A DNA stretch of 47,242 bases from Malacoraja senta (Eukaryota), in assembly GCA_038087875.1 (NCBI GenBank), contig JAXLNO010000507.1:1-47242 (forward strand), read 5' to 3'. The position numbers were made by a program, and so were the translations under genes. Shown piece by piece: positions 37,641 to 47,242 of this stretch. The notes beneath the pieces were generated by a model. It searched no databases. It had not been told where the DNA came from and saw only the letters and a list, made by a program, of their open reading frames with translations. Within the stretch, counting starts at the first letter, position 1. The number at the start of each line of letters is the position of its first letter.

Positions 37641-38439
37641 TTTTGTCCCTTTTTGTAAACCAGCATCTGCAGGTCCTTGTGTCTGGACTTGTTACCCTGT
37701 TGTGTGACTCTTGGTTTTGTTTACTATCTTCTTGTCACATGTGCAGAGCAACAGTGAAAAGCTATTTAGTTGCGTGCTATCCAGTCAGCGAAAAAGGGCT
37801 AAACATAATTAGGATAAAGCCATCCACAGTGTTCAGATACAGGGTAAAGGGTACAATGAAGTCCGACTAAAGATGGCATAATTAGTTTAAGAAATGCTGC
37901 TGTTGAAATAAAGATTGAAAAGAGTGAGCGGTTGTAATGTCTGATCGCAGATCCATCTGGGACCAGCACGCAAAGACCAGTAACAAAACAGATTTTTTTT
38001 CCCCGAGCAGTAGCTCTACTCAATAACCAAAGGTCTGTAGCCTCAATAGACCATAGACAATAGACAATAGGTGCCGGAGTAGGCCATTCGGCCCTTCGAG
38101 CCAGCACCGCCATTCAATGTGATCATGGCTGATCATCCACAATCAGTACCCCGTTCCTGCCTTCTCCCCATATCCCCTGACTCCGCTATTTTTAAGAGCC
38201 CTATCTAGCTCTCTCTTGAAAGCATCCAGAGAACCTGCCTCCACCGCCCTCTGCGGCTCTGGTATTTTATTTCATTCACATGTTTAAACTATCATGTTTT
38301 ATTCTTAATGGTTTATGTTTTATTCTTAACGGTTTACTGTATGTCGTGTTGTTCCTTGCGGGCGGAGCACCGAGGCAAATTCCTTGTATGTGTTCATACT
38401 TGGCCGATAAACGTATTCATTCATTCATTCATTCTATGT

Positions 38440-39965
38440 AGGTATGTTACAACACTTAGCTCCAGCGCCGCTGCAGTTCTGTCACTGGCCGTGTGCGTGA
38501 CTTTGGTGCCTTTGAGGGGGGGGGCGGGGTTAAAATGCGTTTTCTCCCACCTGTCCTCAATATATTTTCTCGGGGAGCTAGCAAACGCCTGGAAGATTTG
38601 TTCCGACGGCCGTTCTGTGAATTTTTTTTTTAATCGCTGGACCATTTCAGTGCTGGAGTAAACTAAAAAGCCGCTTCTAATGCCGTGAAGGCCGACAACG
38701 GGGACGGATTTCATGCACGGGACAGCTAAAGGAAAGCCGTTTATTTTACATATAAACGTGCTTCTTAGGATGAACTTAATCCACATTTTACGTTGCAAAA
38801 AGATGATTTAGGCCCCTTTACGAACCGGCAGTATTTTTCCTGCTGATATGGGGTTTAAATTCACCACAAATGCAACGTTCCAATCGATCGCATTCCACAA
38901 AATCCCACTCACAAGATGATTTAAATGGCCATTAATTTACAGGAATTAAACACTAAATTCCTTCCATTTGGCCTATAAATTCATGACAATGAGAATTTAA
39001 AATCATGTTATATTGTGAATTCTTGTGTGAATGTTATTTGGACACTTAAAGGCCTGTCTCACGAGTGTGCGGTCATTGGCGGCGAAACAGGAACTATCTA
39101 CCGCTCCTGGGCCGCCAGAGACCGCAGGCTCGGTCAAACGCACAATTCCGGGGCCGTGCGCCGTTGTTCCGAACACCGCAAGGTGCTAAAAAAAAACAAC
39201 ACTGTCCAAAAATATGTTCCTACCGCACAGCCGCCGCCAGTGAGGCACGAGTGCGGCACGGTCGCCGCCACAGCCGCCGCCAGTGAGGCACGAGCGCCGT
39301 GAGTCGAACCTGCACCGCCACAGCCTCCGCCAGTGAGGCACATGTGCGGCACGGCCGCCGCCACAGCCCCGCGATCCGAAAGACGTCATCAGCCGAAACA
39401 GCAAGCTCGTTGAACCGGCCGTACTTGGCCCCCCGCGCAGCATCCGTGCGGCGCTCTCGTGGTTGCCGTGCGGTCCCCTCTTCTGGCGACGCGCTTCACC
39501 GCCAACAACCGCAAACCCGTGGGACAGAGCCTTTAGGCTATTTAAAAATGTTAACCTTTTCTTAAGTAATGGATAGATGTTTAGATCTAGTAATTGAATT
39601 TTGTAATTAGCTATAATTGGGTAACTAACTAATTATATGCTTTAATTTCAGGTCATCCAAGTAAGATTGCTTCATATTTGTTTCAGAATGCTTCCATCTA
39701 TAATAACTGAAAATCTCTGTCAGCTCTTAATTTTTAAGAAAGTTATGGGCTTTCGACTATCCTCGATCACAGCTTTTGTGTTAAGTCAATGGAAAAGCAA
39801 TAGGGAACAAGATGCTAATTTCCGAGTATGAAAATGGCCATAACTTTTTTAATACTGAAGATATGAAAGTGAATTAGGTGTCAAATTAAACTTCTTTTTA
39901 TGCTTTATCTGATGGGATAAATTGCAGACTTGATTTTTAAAATCTCAAAATTATGTAACATTGCT
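38440..39965. mobile_element. Putative non-autonomous DNA element of about 1 kb hosting the family D MITE
   Basis: Imperfect inverted ends AGGTATGTTACA and TGTAACATTGCT, a GC-rich left part and an AT-rich right part. No clear TSD. Confidence 0.4.
39049..39532. mobile_element. PIF/Harbinger-like MITE, family D
   Basis: TTA|AAGGCCTGTCTCACG...CGTGGGACAGAGCCT|TTA; homologous to 12576-13193. Confidence 0.82.
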
Positions 39966-40018
39966 TTGAAGAGCGAGGCAAGGGAGATACCAAGTGAATA
40001 TTGGTTGTTACTTAGTAA

Positions 40019-40316
40019 CGGGCCTGTCCCACTTACTCGACTTTTCCGGCGACTGCCGGCACCCGCCATAGGTCGTCGAAAATTTTCAACATGTTGAAAA
40101 TTCAGCGGCGACCAGAAAGACGCTACGACTCTTTGGGCGACTGAGCAGACTACCCAGACGACACCCTGGGTGAAGCCTGTATGGTCGTGAGTAGTCGCCC
40201 AAAGAGTCGTGCCTTGTTCTGGTCGCTGCTGGATTTTCAACATGTTCGGCGACTCGCTGCGACTATGACAGGTGCCGGCAACTCGCCGAAATAATCGTGT
40301 AAGTGGGACAGGTCCA
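40019..40316. mobile_element. PIF/Harbinger-like MITE, family B
   Basis: GGGCCTGTCCCACTTA...TAAGTGGGACAGGTCC. Internal sequence is shared with 19006-19120. Confidence 0.8.
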
Positions 40317-40841
40317 TTAGAGTCTAGACTTTAGACTTTGACTAGACTTTAGAGATACAGCGTGGAGCAGGGCCCTTCTGCTCACCGCGTCCGTGCCGAC
40401 CAGCGATCACCCCGTACACTAGCACCATCCTACACACCAGGGACTATTTACAATTTACAGAAGCCAATTAATCTACAAACCTGTACATCTTTGGAATGTG
40501 AGAAGAAACCGGAGCACCCGGAGAAAACCCACGCGGTTACAGGGAGAGCGTTCCAACTCCGAAGATAGGCATAAAATGCTGGAGTAACCCAGCGGGTCAG
40601 GCGGCATCACTGGAGAAAGAGAATAGGTGACGTTTCGGGTCGAGACTCTTCTTCAGACTCGGTACAATCTCCGTACAGACAGCACCCGTAGTCAGGATCG
40701 AAGCCGGGTGTCTGGCACTGTCGGGCAGCAACTCTACCGCTGCGCCACTATGCTGCCCTAACCTAAACCAAACTAAACTTCTGTTCAATACGCCTTTGTG
40801 CTAAGTTGACAAATAAACACTTTTGACTCTTGACTCTCTAA

Positions 40842-41279
40842 AGGGCCTGTCCCACGAGCATGCGACTGCATGCGGCAAGCATGACCTAACGTGGTCGCTT
40901 GAGCCGTACGGCCTCGCGGGGCCGGTCCCACTTCGATCGCCGGAGCCGTATGGAGTTGTGCGGAGCTGGATCCGACATCGCGCGGGCCTCCGAAAAACTG
41001 ACACTGTTCAAAAATTCCGCGCGGCAACGGCCTGTCGGCCCGCAGCCGCCTCGACGCCGTACGCACCGCCTCGACAGGCGTGCGCAGCGTCTCGATGCCA
41101 TACGCAGCGTCTTGACGCCGTACGCAGCGTCTTGACGCCGTACGTCACGCGCGAACTTCCCGCCGACTTCGCTCGAACTTCACGTCAACTCGTACGGGAC
41201 CACTCGACCTCCGCGCGGCCCCCGCTTCCGGTTTGGTCGCACTTGCCGCATGCAGTCGCATGCTCGTGGGACAGGCCCT
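40842..41279. mobile_element. PIF/Harbinger-like MITE, family A
   Basis: TAA|AGGGCCTGTCCCACGAGCATGCG...CGCATGCTCGTGGGACAGGCCCT|TTA. Confidence 0.85.
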
Positions 41280-41857
41280 TTAATCTCCAGTGCTGCACTG
41301 GAAATGGATCCTCATAGAATTCCCTTGAGCCTGTAATTGTCCCATTGTGTATCCTCGCCCCTGCTAGTTGTGACACACGTTATTAATTACACATTTTCTT
41401 GCATCTTAAGCTGCATTGATTCAAAGCTGTGTAATCATTTTGAAAATAATTTGTTAACCATCATTGCCATGTTGAACAGATGTCACTTACAATTGCCGGA
41501 GTTTAATCAAATAATGTAATTTTTTATACAAGCATATTTGAGTGCATGTTATGATTTATGAGCAACTGCAAAAAATCCATTGTGAGATCGTTGCAAATCG
41601 AGTCCTCATTAATAAGTAAGAAAGTAGTGGAAATCTCACTCTGGCTTCAGCAGCACAGGAGAGAAAGCTGAGATATTTGCCGCACAGACCTCCCTTTCAT
41701 CTTCCTTCCGTATTTTTCCACGAAACATTACAAGTGATGACCTTCACAGGGTAGCTATGGCAATCGCAGAAATTTTGAGTCACCAAAGAAGGAAAGATGC
41801 TAATGTCCGTCCACCTTTGTATATCAATTGTAACTAGAACATTAAAATGGCACGGGC

Positions 41858-42173
41858 GGTCACGGTGGCGCAGCGGCAGAGTTGCTCGCCTTACAACGCT
41901 TGCAGCTCCGGAGATCCAGGTTCGATCCCGACTGCGGGTGTTGTCTGTACGGTGTTCGTACGTTCTCCCTGTGACCCGCGTGGGTTTTCTCCGAGATCTT
42001 CGGTTTCCTCCCACACTCCGAAGACGTACGGGTTGGTAGGTTAATTGGCTTGCTATAACGTGTAAATTGGGCCCCGTGAGTGGAGGATAGTGTTAGTGTG
42101 CGGGGATCGCTGGTCGGCGCGGACTCGGTGGGCCGAAGGGCCTGTTTCCGTGCTGTATCTCTAAACCGAACTA
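41858..42173 (+). mobile_element. HE1/V-SINE-like SINE
   Basis: Full-length copy. Further copies at about 23522-23790 (+), 34400-34597 (-), 35788-36116 (-), 36362-36594 (-) and 40350-40757 (-). Confidence 0.88.
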
Positions 42174-42585
42174 AATTTTTTTTAAAGTGAATCGAACAGA
42201 AAACCATTCTTGCCCACCCTTGCAGGCGTCTGAAGATGAAGTGGAGATGTGACCTTTTGTGTAGCAATTCTGTCGCAGATTCCATTCCCATTTATTTCTA
42301 ATGAGGTGCAAATGATTGGTGATCTGGAAGGGTTGGCCTGCTTTCTATTGCGCGGCAGGAAAGCGATGAAAATCTTCTGCGCAGTCATGTTCCCAGCAGT
42401 ATTATTGTTGGATAACCAGAATTAAACAAATTGGCAAGAAGCCAGGGAGAAGAAGAAAAAATCTCGAGTAAAGAAAAGGTACACACTGCTGGAGGGAGAC
42501 GCAAAGTGCTGGAGTAACTCAGCGGGTCAGGCAGCATCTCTGAAGAAAAGAAATAGGTAAAGTTTTGTGTCAGAACCCTTCTTCA

Positions 42586-42852
42586 AGTTCAAGTTCAAGA
42601 GAGTTTATTGTCATGTGTCCCTGACAGGACAACGAAATTCTTGCTTTGCTTCAGCACAACAGAACGTAGTAGGCATTGACTACAAAACAGATCAGTGTGT
42701 CCATATACCATTATATAAATATATACACACATGAATAAATAAACTGATAAAGTACAAATAACAGATAATGGGCTGTTAAAGTTCAGAGTTTTTGTCCGAG
42801 CCAAGTTTAATAGCCTGATGGCTGTGGGGAAGTAGCTATTCCTGAACCTGGT
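42586..42852 (-). mobile_element. Rex1/Babar-type LINE extreme 3' end
   Basis: TRFRNSYFPTAIRLLN remnant and (ttgaac)n tail. A more degenerate copy lies at about 29870-30400 (+). Confidence 0.7.
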
Positions 42853-43620
42853 CCGAGAAAGGGTTCCGACCCAAAGCGTCACCTATTCCTTTTCTCCAGA
42901 GTTTTGTAGCTGCCATCGGTATAAACCAGCATCTGTAGTTCCTTCCTACATGTTTAAACTGCTGGAGTAAATCAGCAGGTGAGGTAGAATCTCTGGAGAA
43001 CATGAATGGGCGATGTTTCGGGATGGGACCCTCCTTCAGTCTGAAGAAAGCTCCCGACCCCAAACGTCACCTATTACACGAACGGTCTTGACCCAAAACA
43101 TGTTCTCCGGAGATGCTGCCTGACCCGCAGAGACACTCCAGCACTTTGTATCTTTCTTGTAAACCAGCATCTGCAGTTTCTTCTGTCTCCATTCAGTAAA
43201 GAAACTCTCATAGTTCGTTTGGGAAAGCATGCCATTTTTCGCTTGGGCAGTGTGAATATTGATTTCTCCAACTTCAAGTCACCCTTGCATCCCTTCTCTC
43301 TCTGTCCCTCCCCCACCTTAGTCGTCGTACTAGTTTCACTGTCTGTTGAGTTTCATTGTCTGTATAACTCATTATCACCCAGCCCACAGCCAACAATGGA
43401 CCATTGTGGGCTCCACCTTTCCTTAATCATTGTTACTTTTGGGCAGATATGTTTCGTTCATTTGTTCTACATCTCTCTACATCACCGTGCATATCTCGCG
43501 TTTGCCTTTCCCTTGACTCTCAGTCCGAAGAAGGGTCTCGACCCGGAAAACATCACCTGTTCTTTTTCTCCAGAGATGCTGCCTGACCGGCTGAGTTACT
43601 CCAGCATTTTGTGTCTATCC
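42853..43620. mobile_element. Cluster of PLE terminal fragments and one PLE 3' end (43225-43620, +)
   Basis: IFRLGSVNIDFSNFK-like remnant, PLE UTR and tail, plus fold-back tail copies at 42960-43190. Confidence 0.75.
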
Positions 43621-43904
43621 TGGTTTTCCACAGCGAGGCATTGTAGTGTGGAATGAACGCACCGTCTGCAAGTTGGGGGAAGTGTGTTCAACAGTCACTT
43701 CCAAAAGAGTTGGATAGAGACTTATAAAAAATGAATTCATAAGATCATGAGATAGGAGTAGAATTAGTCCATTCGGCCCATCAACTCTACTCTGCCATTC
43801 AATCATGGCTGATCTATCTCTCCCTCCTAACCCCATTCTCCTGCCTTCTCCCCACAACCTCTGACACCCGTACTAATTAACAAGTTGCAAGGTTCTGTGC
43901 AGAA

Positions 43905-44842
43905 TGTGACCTATGATGGAAGAATGGATCAACTGGGCTTTTATTCAGTGGAATTTAGAAGGATCCCATGGAACCATATAAATACTTAAGGGATTGGACA
44001 GGCTAGATGCAGGAAAAATATTCCCCATGTTGGGGGAGGCCAGAACCAGGGGTCACAGTTTAAGAATAAGGGGTAGGCCATTTAGGACTGAGTTGAGGAA
44101 AAGCTTTTTCACCCAGAGAGTTGTGAATCTGTGGAATTCTCTGCCACCAAAGGCAGTGGAGGCCAATTCGCTGGATGTTTTCAAGAGAGTTAAAGCCCTG
44201 TCCCACTGTACAAGTTCATTCAAGAGTGTTAAAGAAGGAACTGCAGATGCTGGAAAATCGAAGGCACACAAAAATGCTGGAGAAACTCAGCGGGTGCAGC
44301 AGCATCTATGGAGCGAAGGAAATAGGCAACGTTTCGGGGCGAAACCCTTCGGGTTTCGGCCCGAAACGTTGCCTATTCCCTTCGAGTTCATTCAAGAGTT
44401 CTCCCGAGTTTGCCCTGATTCAAACTCTGAGATTTACGGAGGTAATGACCGCTCGTAGGTACTCGGGGCTCTCGTGGACATTTTTCAACATGTTGAAAAA
44501 TCTTCACGAGTCTTCCAGAGCTTACCGCGTTTCCCGAGTACCTGCCGTTAGCGTCACGAGCCGCTAAGAGACGTCCCCGAGCTCCGACGTACCCGCTACG
44601 TACATTCTACGTGCTTCCACGAGTTTGATTTTTTTTTTAACTCGGGAGAGCTCTTGAATGAACTCGTACAGTGGGACAGGGCCTTTAGATGTCGCTCTTT
44701 GGTCTAACGGAATCAAGGGATATGGGGAGAAAACAGGAACGGGGTAGTGATTTTGGATGATCAGCCATGATCACAGTGAATGGCGGTGCTGGCTCGAAGG
44801 GCCGAATGGCCTACTCCTGCATCTATTGTCTATGTTTCTATG
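43905..44842 (+). mobile_element. CR1 LINE 3' fragment interrupted by a MITE
   Basis: DRLDAGKIFPMLGEARTRGHSL...; gagagTTA|gat is split by the MITE at 44193-44684. Confidence 0.88.
44193..44684. mobile_element. PIF/Harbinger-like MITE, family C, with nested PLE fragment (about 44228-44380)
   Basis: TTA|AAGCCCTGTCCCACTGTAC...GTACAGTGGGACAGGGCCT|TTA inside a CR1. Confidence 0.85.
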
Positions 44843-45535
44843 TAATTAATTGGAAGACCTTTTGGAGACGTCACAGTCACAGAGGACTGGAATGCTCATG
44901 TGCTGTGCAATTTTCCGTCTCGGTTATGAGGGGATGGCTATGTGGGGAAAGGCCACCGTAGCCTGTTGATTATGCACCATGTTGACAGACAGTGGATGTC
45001 CTTTGGGCCACCGTGTCCGCGCCGACCAGCGATCATCCCCATATACTAACACTATCCTACACACTAGTCATAGAGTGATACCGTATGGAAATAGGCCCTT
45101 CGGCCCAACTTGCCAACATGTCCCAGCTACACTAGTCCCACCTGCCCATGTTCGGCCCATATCCCTCCAAATCTGTCCTATCCATGTACCTGTCTAACTG
45201 TTTCTTAAACGTTGGGATAGTCCCAGCCTCAACTACCTCCCCTGGCAGCTCGTTCCATACGCCCACCACCTTTGTGTGAAAAAGTTACCCCTCAGATTCC
45301 TATTAAATCTTCACCTTGAACCTATGTCCTCTTGTCCTCGATTCACCTACTGTGGGCAAGAGACTCTGTGCATCTACCCGATCTATTCCTCTCATGATGT
45401 GATAGGGCCAATTTACCGTCTTACTGAAGCCAATTGACCTGCAAACCTGTACGTCTTTGGGGTCTGGGAGGAAACCGGAGCACCCGGAGAAAGCCCAGAG
45501 AATGTACCAACAGACAGCAACCCGTAGTCAGTGTT

Positions 45536-46532
45536 AAAGAAGGAACTGCAGATGCTGGAAAATCGAAGGTACACAAAAATGCTGGAGAAACTCAGCGGGT
45601 TGCAGCAGCATCTATGGAGCGAAGGAAATAGGTAACGTTTCGGGCCGAAACCCTTCTTCAGACTGATAGGGGGTGGGGAGAAGAAAGGAAAAAAGGAAAA
45701 AGGCGGAGGAGGAGCCCGAGGGCTGGGGGAGGGGAGGAGAGAACCAGATGGCTGATGAAGGGGAGGGGACAGCCAGGGCTAGCAGAATTGGGAGAATTCA
45801 ACGTTCAGGCCACCAGGATGTAGACTGCCCAAGCGGAATATGAGGTGCATTTCCTCCAATTTACGGTGTTGCTCGCTGTGGCCATGGAGGAGACCCAGGA
45901 CAGAGAGGTCAGATACGGAATGGGAGGGGGAGTTGAAGTGCTGAGCCACCAGGAGTTCAGGTTGGTTATTGCGGACCGACCGGAGGTGTTCGGCGAAACG
46001 ATCGCCGAGCCTCCGCTTGGTCTCACCGATGTAGATCAGCTGGCATCTAGAGCAGCGAATGCAATAGATGAGGTTGGAGGAGATGCAGGTGAACCTCTGT
46101 CGCACCTGGAACGACTGCTTGGGTCCTTGAATGGAGTGGAGGGGGGAAGTGAAGGGACAAGTGTTGCATCTCTTGCGGTTGCAAGGGAAAGTACCAGGGG
46201 AGGGGGTGGTATGGGAGGGAAGGGAAGAATTGACAAGGGAGTTACGGAGGGAGCGGTCTTTGCGGAAGGCAGACATAGGGGGAGATGGGAAGGTGTGGCG
46301 AGTGGTGGGGTCACATTGGAGGTGGCGAAACTGACGGAGGATCACTTGTTGTATGTGACGGCTGGTGGGGTGAAAGGTGAGGACTAGGGGGACTCTGCCT
46401 TTGTTGTGAGTGGGGGGATGGGGAGAGAGAGCAGTGTTGCGGGGTATGGCAGAGACCCTGGTGCGAGCCTCATCTATGGTGGAGGAGGGGAACCCCCGTT
46501 CCCTGAAGAATGTTGTGACGGCTGGTGGGGTG
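45536..46532 (-). mobile_element. 5'-truncated Penelope-like retroelement (end of RT thumb, Cys-rich linker, GIY-YIG endonuclease, 3' UTR with hammerhead-like motif)
   Basis: The minus-strand frame is open from about 46510 to the stop at 45779: FFRERGFP...RVPLVLTFHP...GTFPCNRKRCNTC...NLIYCIRCSRCQLIYIGETKRRLGDRFAEH...LGSLHPGGLN. It is flanked by the 16-bp direct repeat ACCCGTAGTCAGTGTT (45520-45535 and 46533-46548) and inserted in a SINE. Confidence 0.92.
45634..45661 (-). ncRNA. Putative minimal type I hammerhead ribozyme in PLE 3' region
   Basis: Minus strand reads CUGAAGA-A-GGGU(UUCG)GCCC-GAAAC-GUU, about 120 nt downstream of the GIY-YIG ORF stop. Confidence 0.7.
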
Positions 46533-46564
46533 ACCCGTAGTCAGTGTTGTCCTGGCACTCTGGT

Positions 46565-47242
46565 ATCAGGACAACAGCCTCCTCTTGAATATCAAAAAAA
46601 CTAAGGAGCTGATCGTGGACTTTAGGAGGGCCCAACATCCGAGGACGTACACACCATTGAAGATAAATGGGGAATATGTGGATAGGGTGAGCTGCTTTAA
46701 ATACCTGGGAGTCCACATCACAGAGGATCTGACATGGACATCACACGCTGCAGCACTGGTGAGTAAGGCAAGGCAGCCCCTTTACCACCTCAGGCAATTG
46801 AGGAAATTCAGAGTGTCTCTGAGGATCCTCCAGTGCTTCTACTCAGCGGCTGTGGAAAGCATCTTGTCCGGAAACATCACAATCTGGTTTGGGAACTGCT
46901 CTGCCCAGGACAAGAAGGCTCTGCAGAGAGTAGTGCGTTCGGCCGAACGCACTATGGGAACTACACTCGCCCCCCTGCAGGAACTATACATCAGAAGGTG
47001 CAACTCCAGAGGCAACAAGATCATGAGGGACCCCTTCCACCCCAGCAACGGACTGTTCCAGCTGCTACAGTCAGGCAAACGCCTCCGTGCCATGCTGTGA
47101 AAACGGAGAGGATGAGAAGGAGTTTCTTCCCAGAGGCCATTAGGACTGTAAACACCTATCTCTCCAGGGACTAACTTACTGAACCAAGTTACTGTTGTGT
47201 GGTGTCTATTTAAAAATTGCTGTTTTTCTTTTTTTTTCCTCC
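46565..47242 (+). mobile_element. Rex1/Babar-type LINE 3' fragment
   Basis: LNIKKTKELIVDFRR...FKYLGVHITEDLTW...ILQCFYSAAVESILSGNITIWFGN...LFQLLQSGKR. Confidence 0.9.

Overview
Repeat-dominated vertebrate genomic DNA, most likely from a cartilaginous fish such as a skate or ray. This is inferred from abundant HE1/V-SINE-type SINEs whose tails match CR1/HER1-type LINE 3' ends. The only host coding sequence I can support is one 198-bp internal exon (36686-36883, +) of NKAIN1, so the window is probably mostly intron. The rest is nested mobile elements: CR1 LINE fragments, tRNA-derived SINEs, L2, Rex1/Babar and L1 fragments, Penelope-like elements (PLEs) and at least 11 non-autonomous DNA transposons with TTA/TAA target duplications and shared termini. 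Two systems stand out. First, about 20 copies of a minimal hammerhead-ribozyme-like motif (CTGAAGA-A-GGGT-loop-ACCC-GAAAC-GTC) sit in PLE 3' ends and in short, ORF-less, often fold-back PLE derivatives. Second, five different PIF/Harbinger-like MITE families share one terminal inverted repeat (AGGGCCTGTCCCAC). Nearly all ORFs in the supplied track are repeat artefacts. Repeat boundaries are approximate unless a target-site duplication (TSD) is given.
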